A stretch of DNA of 64,000 nt from a virus, in the IMG/VR virus record IMGVR_UViG_3300034684_000299, positions 121,438 through 185,437 of that record; one strand, given 5' to 3'. The notes under the pieces were generated by a model. It was not told where the DNA came from, made no database searches, and saw only the letters and a list, made by a program, of their open reading frames with translations. Made by a program: the position numbers and the translations under genes. Shown here one piece after another: positions 28,886 to 37,264 of this stretch; position 1 is the first letter of the stretch; every line of letters starts with the position of its first letter.

Positions 28886-29172
28886 CTAAAGAAGAATGGC
28901 TAAAGGTGGCAAATGATAGTCATGACCAATTAAAAGAAAAATTTAAGGAAGCGTTGGAATTAACTCGTACTAAAAATATGGAACATACGGTAGTATTGGA
29001 AAGTAATGGCAATTGTTATGTTACTGATAATTACTCAGAAAATCAAACAAGTTTAGATTTCATAAGATTTGAAAATCTAAAAGAAGAAATTGAGCTGTTT
29101 GAAAGAAAGTTAGACTTTTGGTTTGAGATATTTTTTGAAACATTCATTGAGCGGATAGAACTAACACTTTGA
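28882..29172 (+). CDS. Hypothetical protein (family F, short)
   Basis: MTKEEWLKVA...VVLESNGNCYV...LDFWFEIFFETFIERI. Confidence 0.8.
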   Translation: MTKEEWLKVANDSHDQLKEKFKEALELTRTKNMEHTVVLESNGNCYVTDNYSENQTSLDFIRFENLKEEIELFERKLDFWFEIFFETFIERIELTL

Positions 29173-29194
29173 ATTAAACAAAGGAGGTAATATC

Positions 29195-29884
29195 ATGGGA
29201 CAATACTATTTAATTGCAAATATAGATAAGAAAGAATATTTAGAACCTGATTTGCTGAAATTAATGGAAACTTCTTACATTGGGAACCCGTATCCAGAAA
29301 CTGTAGTTGATTTATTAGCAGGTAGATGGAAAGGGGATAGAGTAATGTGGTGTGGTGATTATGCCCAAGATGAACCACATTTTAAAGAATTTATGAAAGG
29401 TATTGATTTAGACAAATTAGAAGAAGATATAATTAAACAAGGGCATTTTGATATTAAATCTATCAAAGCTAATTTTGGGTCGGTAAAAGATTATATTAAA
29501 GAAGCATTCAATTATTACTTCTTGGCTGAATATACTTTTACAAAAATAGAACCAAATTATTCATCCAATAGTGTAGTAGAAAGGACAGGAGCGTGTGTTG
29601 AGTTTATTCTGAATGAAGACAAAAAAGAAGCTATTGCAGTACCTTTTTATCGTCATGCCCATTTAGATTATACAATTCATCCACTCCCATTATTAACAGC
29701 AACTTCTAATGGACGTGGAAGCGGAGATTATGAAGGAATAAACATGGAATATGTGGGAAGTTGGGCTGGTGATAGATTATCAGCAATAATAAACGATTTT
29801 TCAGATCCAAAAGACAACAAGTATATCAAATTATTGGATGAAGGTTATCAAATATTAGATATACATTTTCAAGAAACTTACTGA
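29195..29884 (+). CDS. Conserved hypothetical phage protein (MGQYY-type)
   Basis: MGQYYLIANIDKKEYL, WKGDRVMWCGDY, IHPLPLLTA.SNGRGSGDY, VGSWAGD. Confidence 0.75.
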   Translation: MGQYYLIANIDKKEYLEPDLLKLMETSYIGNPYPETVVDLLAGRWKGDRVMWCGDYAQDEPHFKEFMKGIDLDKLEEDIIKQGHFDIKSIKANFGSVKDYIKEAFNYYFLAEYTFTKIEPNYSSNSVVERTGACVEFILNEDKKEAIAVPFYRHAHLDYTIHPLPLLTATSNGRGSGDYEGINMEYVGSWAGDRLSAIINDFSDPKDNKYIKLLDEGYQILDIHFQETY

Positions 29885-29902
29885 AGAAATAAAAGAGATC
29901 TA

Positions 29903-30125
29903 GTCAACTACCCCACCCTATAGAGGGTGGAGCTTGTAAAAGCTCAAGTTGACTACCCTAAGTCCTTCGAGGACTACGTTATATAGGTCATAACACCTAC
30001 GGGCGTTTCTCCTAACTCGTAGCTCTGTTGCTTAACTTTAAACAATCCTGTGAGGTAGGGATAGTGAGTTAAGTGTAAAAAGCCTATATAACATTGGGGA
30101 AGGAGACATTACTCCAAAAGGAGGT
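29903..30125 (+). ncRNA. IscB-type omegaRNA (HEARO-like) scaffold, no iscB downstream
   Basis: GTCAACTACCCC...GCTTG, GTTGACTACCCTAAG, CTACGTTATA, AACATTGGGGA hallmarks; terminal CTCC-aaaa-GGAG. Confidence 0.8.
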
Positions 30126-30134
30126 ATACTTTAT

Positions 30135-31566
30135 GAAAATCCAGCGAGAACACTCTCCAATTCATTGGAGAGATGAGAGCTGGCTTTAAACAATGAAACA
30201 AATTTTAACTACAAATATTATATATAAATGTATGATACATTTGTAATATATTATACAATTATCTAATAAAGGAGAATTTAAGATGTTGAAGACATATAAG
30301 TTTCGTATATACCCAACAGAAGAACAAATTGAGAAGTTGAACCAGCATTTCGGACATACTCGATTTGTATATAACTTGTTCTTAGAGCTTTCAAGCAATG
30401 CATATAAAAATACCAAAACGCATACTAATTACAATGTTTGGGCTAAAATGCTTGTGGCTCTTAAGAAATCCGAAAAGTATAAATGGCTGAACGATGTTAA
30501 CTCTCAATCGTTACAACAATCTTTGAAAGACTTAGATACTGGCTATAAACGTTTCTTTAAGAAGCAGAGTAAACATCCGAAATTCAAGAAAAAAGCGAAT
30601 AGACAATCGTTTAGAGTTCCTCAACATATACAATTGTACGAAAATGAGAGTAACGATAAATACGGTATTCTTTTCATTCCTAAGTTTAAAGAAGGCATTA
30701 AAGTACGTATGCATCGTAAAGTACCTTCTAATGCTAAGTTGAAAAGTTGTACGATTGTTAAAACTACTACAAATAATTACTATGTGTCTATTCTTGTGGA
30801 AACAGATGAAATCGTACCTGTAAGAGATATAGACTACAAAAATTCAATTGGTATAGATGTAGGGCTTAAGGATATGGCAATTTTGTCTAACGGTAAAAAA
30901 TACGAAGTGCTCAAACCATTAGCCAAACTTGAGAGAAAACTAAAACGTGTTCAAAAGAAACTTTCAAAGAAAGTTCTATATTCCAAGAATTGGCATAAAG
31001 CAAAATTAGAGGTGGCTAAAGTACATGAGAAAATTAAGAATACAAGAGAGGATTTTTTACATAAACTAACGAAGGAAATCAGCGAGAACCAAGCTGATGT
31101 CTTTTTCGTTGAGACTCTTAATATAAGTGGCATGTTAAAGAATCATCATTTAGCTAAAAGTATCTCAGATGTAAGTTGGTACAAATTCAAGACGTTTCTA
31201 AAATACAAAGCAGAGAGGTTAGGTAAGAAGGTAATCGAGATAGGAATGTTCGAACCTTCGTCTAAGATTTGTAGTGTTTGTGGATATAAGAACAAAGATT
31301 TAGAACTCTCTGATAGAGAATGGATATGTCCTGAATGTGGTACCAAACACGATAGAGATATAAATGCCGCTATCAATATTAGACAGTTTGGAATAGATAA
31401 ATATACTTCCAAACCATCGAAAGAGTTGCAGTTAGTTCCTGCTTAAAAGAACTCTACCCCAGGGACTGGGGAATGTTAAGCCTTTGGAGACTGTGTAAGA
31501 CGAGCATTCATTGTCGCAACAGTCGATGAATTAGGAAGCTTACCTCTTTAGAGGTAAGTAGTTCAC
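30135..31566 (+). mobile_element. IS200/IS605-family tnpB-only element
   Basis: Left-end hairpin CTCTCCAATTCATTGGAGAG 3' of TTTAT; right-end hairpin CTTACCTCTTTAGAGGTAAG then TAGTTCAC; no tnpA. Confidence 0.85.
30283..31446 (+). CDS. tnpB: TnpB RNA-guided nuclease
   Basis: HTH KFRIYPTEEQ, RuvC-I GIDVG, RuvC-II FVETL, zinc ribbon CSVCG/CPECG, RuvC-III DRDINAA; catalytic residues present. Confidence 0.95.
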   Translation: MLKTYKFRIYPTEEQIEKLNQHFGHTRFVYNLFLELSSNAYKNTKTHTNYNVWAKMLVALKKSEKYKWLNDVNSQSLQQSLKDLDTGYKRFFKKQSKHPKFKKKANRQSFRVPQHIQLYENESNDKYGILFIPKFKEGIKVRMHRKVPSNAKLKSCTIVKTTTNNYYVSILVETDEIVPVRDIDYKNSIGIDVGLKDMAILSNGKKYEVLKPLAKLERKLKRVQKKLSKKVLYSKNWHKAKLEVAKVHEKIKNTREDFLHKLTKEISENQADVFFVETLNISGMLKNHHLAKSISDVSWYKFKTFLKYKAERLGKKVIEIGMFEPSSKICSVCGYKNKDLELSDREWICPECGTKHDRDINAAINIRQFGIDKYTSKPSKELQLVPA

Positions 31567-31586
31567 GACAAGAAATAGGAGATGAT
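31400..31586 (+). ncRNA. TnpB omegaRNA (right-end RNA) plus ~20 nt guide; 5' boundary approximate
   Basis: Right-end hairpin and TCAC end; the guide would be the flank GACAAGAAATAGGAGATGAT. Confidence 0.6.
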
Positions 31587-31878
31587 TAAAATGGATTTTA
31601 ATGATCAAGATTTAGAACAACTTGTAGATCTTATTATAGATAAAATAGCTGATAAACTAAAAAAAATCAAAGAGTTTGAAAATGAAAATAGTTGGTTGAC
31701 TTATGACAACACAAAACTAAAAAGTGAAATAAGTAACCAAAATAATGTAATATATTATTATTCCTCTCAAGTGTCAGATTTAAGAAAAGAAAATAAAAAA
31801 TTGAAAAAAGAATTAGAAGAAGCTGAGAAAGAAATTAGTTTTCTCCATGAAGAACTAAACAAAAGTGAATATCAATAA
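31582..31878 (+). CDS. Coiled-coil hypothetical protein
   Basis: RBS AGGAG; heptad-rich C-terminus. Confidence 0.7.
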   Translation: MIKMDFNDQDLEQLVDLIIDKIADKLKKIKEFENENSWLTYDNTKLKSEISNQNNVIYYYSSQVSDLRKENKKLKKELEEAEKEISFLHEELNKSEYQ

Positions 31879-31892
31879 AGGAGATCTTATAA

Positions 31893-32414
31893 ATGGTTAA
31901 TTGGATAGAATTAATTGAAAAAAATGACAAAAAAATTAGAAAGAAAATAGAAATAGCAATAAGAAAAACTTATGATTTTACTTTAGGATTTAATAAACTT
32001 TTAGATATTTTTGTGTTGTTGAGCAAGAAGGGTAAAGTTTATTTAAAATATAGAAAAAATGATATTGATAAAGAATTAAAAGAAGTCGAAAAAGGAGAGG
32101 CTATTTTAATTGCTTCTTTCTACCCACTAGAATGTGATTCAGATGATGAATTATATAGGATGGATAGAGAAATAATACAAGAGATCTTTGAAAAGTGTAA
32201 TTGTGTAGAGTATTTAGAAGATTTCTTAAAACTAAAAGAAAGTGACGAATATAATAAAGCTATGGTGTTTCTTTATAATTTACCACAAGAAAAAATATAT
32301 TGTTTAACAAAAACAACTACAAATTATATTGTTGATAATTACTTCCAAACATATTATCTGGAAAATCTGGACAATCTGTTTGAAGAATATAAAAAGGAGG
32401 AATTAAAATGTTAG
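31893..32414 (+). CDS. Hypothetical protein (family F)
   Basis: NWIELI...VLLSKKGKVYL...FLYNLPQE. Confidence 0.75.
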   Translation: MVNWIELIEKNDKKIRKKIEIAIRKTYDFTLGFNKLLDIFVLLSKKGKVYLKYRKNDIDKELKEVEKGEAILIASFYPLECDSDDELYRMDREIIQEIFEKCNCVEYLEDFLKLKESDEYNKAMVFLYNLPQEKIYCLTKTTTNYIVDNYFQTYYLENLDNLFEEYKKEELKC

Positions 32415-32953
32415 AAATACCAGAGTTATTAAGTATTTTTGGAGATCTAAAACCAAAAAATAAAGAGGTTTTGTACAATTTCTTAGTAGATCCAAGAACA
32501 TACAATGATAGAGGTGAAATTAAAGAGTTTAGACAGATATTGAGGGAAATGAAAAATGATTTGTTGTACTATGATGCATATTTTGATGAAGAAATGAGTC
32601 AAAGTGAAGAGAAGTTCAGACAACTAATAACTGAGAACAAAGGCAGATATAAGACCGTAACTATTAAAATGGAGGATTTATTTAAGATCTCCGAAGAAGA
32701 ATATCGATATTGGGTAGAATGTATAGAGGAAGAATATAATGCGATAATGACTGCTGGATTTGAGAAAATAGGAATAATTACTTATTATTTTGATTTAGAA
32801 AATGAAGAAACGTTGTCAGAAGCTGAAGCTGACAACGTACCTATGGGTGAAGAAAGGATAGAGAAATGGGTCGATCAGACAAATTCAAAATTTGATTTAT
32901 GGTCTGAAATAATTGAGTATTACATAGAAAAGAAAAAGGAGGAAAAATCTTGA
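32408..32953 (+). CDS. Hypothetical protein with a family D domain at the C-terminus
   Basis: ISEEEYRYW...FEKIGIITYYFD...KFDLWSEII. Confidence 0.75.
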   Translation: MLEIPELLSIFGDLKPKNKEVLYNFLVDPRTYNDRGEIKEFRQILREMKNDLLYYDAYFDEEMSQSEEKFRQLITENKGRYKTVTIKMEDLFKISEEEYRYWVECIEEEYNAIMTAGFEKIGIITYYFDLENEETLSEAEADNVPMGEERIEKWVDQTNSKFDLWSEIIEYYIEKKKEEKS

Positions 32954-33006
32954 ATGTACAAATATTTGAAACAAGGGATTAAGTTTCAATATCAATTAGA
33001 AATACA

Positions 33007-33036
33007 GCCCTATCTTTTAGGTAGGGCCTTTTTTTT
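33007..33036 (+). terminator. Intrinsic terminator ending the early region
   Basis: GCCCTATC-tttta-GGTAGGGC followed by a T-tract. Confidence 0.7.
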
Positions 33037-33086
33037 ACCCTATTGAATTTTTTGAAATGATACAATGTAGACAGGAGGTGGGATAA

Positions 33087-33566
33087 ATGGACAAAGGAGA
33101 ACTAATTGAACAAGCCAAGAAAATGGAACAAGAAAGCACTTATTCCGCTGTTGCACATTTTATTATGTACAAGATATGGAATAATTTTCGTTTTTTTATA
33201 GGTATACCTGCTATTATTTTGAACGTTGTTTGGCTTATTCTTATGATACCTAATTTTAATCTAGATATCTATATATTAGGAATAACAGAATTATTATTAG
33301 TAGCTTTTTTAGTTTTTTACGATATAGATCTAAAAAAAGATAGATATAGCAAGACATGGAAACGATATTATTCTATTAAATTAAAAATACACAATTTAAC
33401 TCAGCATTCTAAAGGGGAAATAGACAAGGAGATGTTTCAAAAAATAAGATTTGAATTTGAAGAGTTAAACAACAATGCACCAAAAGTCTGGAAATATGTC
33501 GATAAGATTTCTAAAACAAGTAAAATAGATACTTCCAAAGGAAAAACCACTGGAAAAAATAAGTAA
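33087..33566 (+). CDS. SLATT-like two-TM protein
   Basis: QESTYSAVAHF...W...FIGIPAIIL pattern and two hydrophobic helices, as in SLATT domains. Confidence 0.55.
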   Translation: MDKGELIEQAKKMEQESTYSAVAHFIMYKIWNNFRFFIGIPAIILNVVWLILMIPNFNLDIYILGITELLLVAFLVFYDIDLKKDRYSKTWKRYYSIKLKIHNLTQHSKGEIDKEMFQKIRFEFEELNNNAPKVWKYVDKISKTSKIDTSKGKTTGKNK

Positions 33567-33636
33567 TGATATAATTATTAAGACAATTGACAAAATTTTT
33601 AAAGGAGGGGAAGGTGCGTTTTTTGCACAGAATATA

Positions 33637-34995
33637 ATGGAAGAAAAATTATTAAAATTAGCTTCAAATGTTGAACTTTACCAATACGACAGACCGATTG
33701 GTCCTGGTCAAGGAGCAGAAGATTATTTATCTTATCAATTAATGAAACAAAAACAAGAAGAAGATAGGAAAAAAGCCAGAAAAGAAGGGAGAGGTGTCGC
33801 TATAGCAACTGGAGCAGGATTAGGAGCTTTAGCATCGTTGATAGCTAGAAAACCATTAGGTTTGGATGCACTACCAAATAAAATGCAAGCTGGACTAATA
33901 CTAGGTGGAGCTGGCGAAGGTGCTATCGCAGCAGGAATTCCTTATGCAGTTGGAAGGACGAGTGAAGAAAGAAAATACAAAAAGTTAGAAAAGAAAGGAG
34001 CAGATATTGAAGGCACTTATACTCCAGTTAATTATGAATTAACACCTGAACAATATGAGGCGTTGCAAAAAGAGCAAGAACGATTAGTAAAAAAGGTATC
34101 AAGAGCTAATATATCGGGAGCGGTAGGAGCTGGTGCCGCAACTGCAGCTGGGTTAGCAGCTTTAATAGCTGGTAAAAATTTGAAAACAAAAACTCCAAAA
34201 GAATTAGGAAAATATTTTGCAACTTCTGCAGGTGCTGGTGCTGCAGCTGGATTAGCTGGGAACATAGGGGGATTAGCTGCCGCTACTTCAACTGCTAAAA
34301 AGGAATTAGATAAAAAAGCTGAATTGTTTAATGCGGGAGTTAACTATGCACTAAAACAAGCTGAGTTAACACCTGCTGAAGAAAGAAAATTGCAACAAAT
34401 GCAAGCAGAATATTATCAAACAATGAGCGATCTCGAAAGGAGATATTACAATAGATACCAGGAAGAAAAAAGAAATGTAGAAAAGAAACAAATGGCTAAG
34501 AACTTAGGTGCTGGTGCTTTAACAGGAGCTGCTGTGGGTTCAACTGTTGGGTTAATTGCTACACCTAAACCAAATAAAATGTCTGGGACGGCTAAAGGTG
34601 CTATTGGCGGAGCCGCTGTTGGAACTCTTGGTAGATATGTGGGTGAAAAGGTTAAAAAGGGTAAAGAGCAAAAAGTAATAGACGAAATAGCATACACTAA
34701 AGCATTGCAAGGTGGTAATCCTTACAGCCCAGAATATGACTTAGCATTAATGAGATATACTAAAAATGCATCTGATAATACGGAAGATATATTAAAAAAA
34801 AGAGCTAATTTTTTTAAAGGGGCTTACAAGAATTTAAGTCAATTCATGAATCAAGTAAAAAAAGATATATTGAGTACTTCTGATGGAAGTATAAAAAAAA
34901 ATAAAATAAATGTTGAGGAACCCAAAAGTATACGTCAGACTAACAAAAAGATAACCGAAGATCAGGTTAAAACACAGCCTCAAGCTGGAATGTAA
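33637..34995 (+). CDS. Gly/Ala-rich multi-glycine-zipper protein, probably a virion component
   Basis: Three paired GxxxG helix modules; KLAS, KQAE, KNAS and KRAN motifs. Confidence 0.7.
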   Translation: MEEKLLKLASNVELYQYDRPIGPGQGAEDYLSYQLMKQKQEEDRKKARKEGRGVAIATGAGLGALASLIARKPLGLDALPNKMQAGLILGGAGEGAIAAGIPYAVGRTSEERKYKKLEKKGADIEGTYTPVNYELTPEQYEALQKEQERLVKKVSRANISGAVGAGAATAAGLAALIAGKNLKTKTPKELGKYFATSAGAGAAAGLAGNIGGLAAATSTAKKELDKKAELFNAGVNYALKQAELTPAEERKLQQMQAEYYQTMSDLERRYYNRYQEEKRNVEKKQMAKNLGAGALTGAAVGSTVGLIATPKPNKMSGTAKGAIGGAAVGTLGRYVGEKVKKGKEQKVIDEIAYTKALQGGNPYSPEYDLALMRYTKNASDNTEDILKKRANFFKGAYKNLSQFMNQVKKDILSTSDGSIKKNKINVEEPKSIRQTNKKITEDQVKTQPQAGM

Positions 34996-35027
34996 TGTGG
35001 GGGAAACGATGACGTTGGGGTGAACGG

Positions 35028-35064
35028 CGGGCTCTTATCGTAAGATAAGGGCTCGTTTTGTTTT
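35028..35064 (+). terminator. Intrinsic terminator
   Basis: CGGGCTCTTATC-gtaa-GATAAGGGCTCG-TTTTGTTTT. Confidence 0.7.
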
Positions 35065-35073
35065 AGCAATAGA

Positions 35074-35097
35074 AAAGGGCTGATACTTGATCAGCCC
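35074..35097. repeat. 24-bp palindromic direct repeat, copy 1
   Basis: AAAGGGCTGATACTTGATCAGCCC, identical at 36359-36382. Confidence 0.9.
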
Positions 35098-35226
35098 GGT
35101 GTGTGAGTGTCTATACGAGGAGTTAAAGATGAAAAAAAAGGAGATGAATTCTTACATTGGTTGTTAATTTAATTATATCATGAAATCAAAAAGATGTCAA
35201 CGAAATATCTTTAATTTAAAATTAAA

Positions 35227-36282
35227 TTATATTTTTAGTTCATTCGGTTCTATACTATCATATTCTATTCCAGCAAAGCAATTAAGAATAGCTTCAAAAA
35301 TAATCTTTGCTCCTTGACAAGGTACTGCCATTCCTATTTGTTTTCGCACACTCTCTTTTGTCCCAAAGAAAACATACGTATCCGGGAAAGTTTGAAGTCG
35401 AGCTCTTTCTCTGTTTGTTAAAGCTCTAGGCTCTGACCAGTGATACATATGAGTTCCTCCACCTCCACTACCAGTAACTGTATAAGCGGGTTTATTTGGG
35501 TCCAATCTCTTATAAATTTGGCTTATTTTTGCACCTTTTACTTTTAATTGAAGCTCTGGAGGAAGATTAGCTGTAAAAGCATTTTCCCCGGGCTTAATAT
35601 GAAGAAGCCTTTGTATTACAGTTTCAGATTGTTGGGTTCTTTCATTGTTTGGAGCATCCGCAGGTATTGGAGGCACTTCAAGTGCAGTACGACATGTATT
35701 ATCAATATTTGCATAAGGGGCAGGGGATGGCACTTTAAAAGTTACATTTATATCATTTCGAATACCTACAATAATAATTCGGTGTCGTGACTGTGGTATT
35801 CCATATTCCTCAAATTTATATAAATGTGGAGTAATTGTATACCCGGCTTCCTGTAATTCATTCAGTATTTTTGTAAAAGCTTTTCCGTCATTGGCATTAC
35901 GAAGTCCACCTACATTCTCTGCAAGGAACCACATAGGGCGAAACTTTTTCAATGCTTTAACTCCATAAGAATATAACGGTCCAAAAACTCCGTTAATTCC
36001 TTTCTGTTCGCCAACTATACTAAAATCATTGCATGGGAAACCGAATGCCAAAGCATCAATTGGAGATAATTTATCCATATCTAGTTTGCGAATATCTTCT
36101 TGATAAACTGTTTCTGGATTGTTTGGACAAATATTGTAGCGATATGTTTTACAGGTATCTTCATCGTAATCACTAGCCCATTCATGGACTATAAAATGCT
36201 GTCCGTCAGCACTGGTGGCATTTATAGCGCCGTAAGCAAGTCCTCCAGGTCCACAGAATAATTCACCTAATCTATATTTCAT
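35227..36282 (-). CDS. dcm: DNA (cytosine-5) methyltransferase
   Basis: Motif I LFCGPGG, motif IV GFPC, motif VI ENV, motif VIII QSRHR, ERARLQTFPD, IGMAVP. Confidence 0.95.
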   Translation of the reverse strand: MKYRLGELFCGPGGLAYGAINATSADGQHFIVHEWASDYDEDTCKTYRYNICPNNPETVYQEDIRKLDMDKLSPIDALAFGFPCNDFSIVGEQKGINGVFGPLYSYGVKALKKFRPMWFLAENVGGLRNANDGKAFTKILNELQEAGYTITPHLYKFEEYGIPQSRHRIIIVGIRNDINVTFKVPSPAPYANIDNTCRTALEVPPIPADAPNNERTQQSETVIQRLLHIKPGENAFTANLPPELQLKVKGAKISQIYKRLDPNKPAYTVTGSGGGGTHMYHWSEPRALTNRERARLQTFPDTYVFFGTKESVRKQIGMAVPCQGAKIIFEAILNCFAGIEYDSIEPNELKI

Positions 36283-36358
36283 ATATTCACTCCATTATAT
36301 TTGAAAATTCTAATTTATTTTATTATAACAAATTCAACTTAGTAATATAATAATAAAT

Positions 36359-36382
36359 AAAGGGCTGATACTTGATCAGCCC
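36359..36382. repeat. 24-bp palindromic direct repeat, copy 2
   Basis: Identical to 35074-35097. Confidence 0.9.
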
Positions 36383-36570
36383 TATACGAATAAGCCTATC
36401 GGAGCAAGTTTTTTTATATTTTCATTCAAATTATACCACGAAAAAAATCCTTTGTCAATATAATTAGAAAAAAGGGATCGATTATTCATCAATCCCAAAA
36501 GATAATAAAAAGAGTTGAACCATGATCTGATTATATTTTATCATATATGAATATTAAAGGAGGTAAAACA

Positions 36571-36756
36571 ATGGACGAATACGAAAAGGCAAAAAAAGAA
36601 GCCGAGAGATCTTACTTGAGGGCAAGAAAATATGCAGAAAAAGTGAAGAAAGAGTTGTATTTTTCAGAAAATTATGATACAATAGAAGTGGACGAAGATT
36701 TTATAGATTTATTCAAAGAATATTTAAAAGAGGAGGAAGAAAATGCTGAAAGTTGA
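36571..36756 (+). CDS. Small hypothetical protein
   Basis: Start moved to MDEYE after AAAGGAGGT. Confidence 0.65.
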   Translation: MDEYEKAKKEAERSYLRARKYAEKVKKELYFSENYDTIEVDEDFIDLFKEYLKEEEENAES

Positions 36757-37045
36757 AGGAGCTCAAAAATTAGGTGGAAATGTTGGTGTTATCTTATACT
36801 ACGATACAAAAGAAAAAATGTATTACTCATATCTATACTCATTTGGGACCATGCTTTATGGCAGAACGTTAGAAGAATGTTTGGATGAAACTAAAAAAGT
36901 TCTGAACGAATACAAAGAAATGCTGGAAAATAAAGAAGTGAAATTCAGCTCATTGAAGAAGAAAGAAAAATTATCCAAAACAATTCAGTTGTATTGGGGA
37001 ATAATAAAAGTAAAACTAGCTTCAATTTTTGGTTTTGTGAAATGA
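36743..37045 (+). CDS. HicB-like small protein
   Basis: Beta-rich N-terminus then YGRTLEECLDE, as in HicB (G.T.EEA); tentative. Confidence 0.35.
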   Translation: MLKVEGAQKLGGNVGVILYYDTKEKMYYSYLYSFGTMLYGRTLEECLDETKKVLNEYKEMLENKEVKFSSLKKKEKLSKTIQLYWGIIKVKLASIFGFVK

Positions 37046-37054
37046 GGGGATAAT

Positions 37055-37243
37055 ATGTTTTTTGCATGGTATTATTTAATAACAATAACTGCAGTATTGG
37101 TGCTAATTATTGTTTTCTTTTATCTTCTAAAGACTCCAAATAAAAGACCAAAAATGCAAAGAAATATAGAAATGATAATAATTACGATATTATTTTTTGA
37201 TTTGTTCTTTGTATTGCTTTATGCATTGTCAAGATGTTGCTGA
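37055..37243 (+). CDS. Small two-TM membrane protein
   Basis: Two hydrophobic helices around a basic loop; RBS GAGGGG. Confidence 0.65.
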   Translation: MFFAWYYLITITAVLVLIIVFFYLLKTPNKRPKMQRNIEMIIITILFFDLFFVLLYALSRCC

Positions 37244-37264
37244 TTTCAAAAAGGAGGAATATTT

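Noticed and set aside
30133-30189. Short ORF MKIQREHSPIHWRDESWL after the omegaRNA RBS as an iscB remnant
   Set aside because: The sequence is the tnpB element left-end hairpin and does not resemble an IscB N-terminus.
29903-31566. Autonomous IS605 element with tnpA
   Set aside because: No HUH/Y1 transposase ORF on either strand; the minus-strand 30186-30416 ORF lacks the HUH motif.
9860-31590. Self-targeting of omegaRNA or TnpB guides within the window
   Set aside because: Only a ~7-nt seed plus ATAAA match near 7050 and 7510 was found by eye, too short to support targeting. A full search was not possible.
1911-32505. Short minus-strand ORFs in the early region (for example 1911, 3077, 4826, 13056, 22390, 30186)
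   Set aside because: Antisense shadows of well-supported + strand genes, with no RBS and Phe/Ser/Ile-rich composition.
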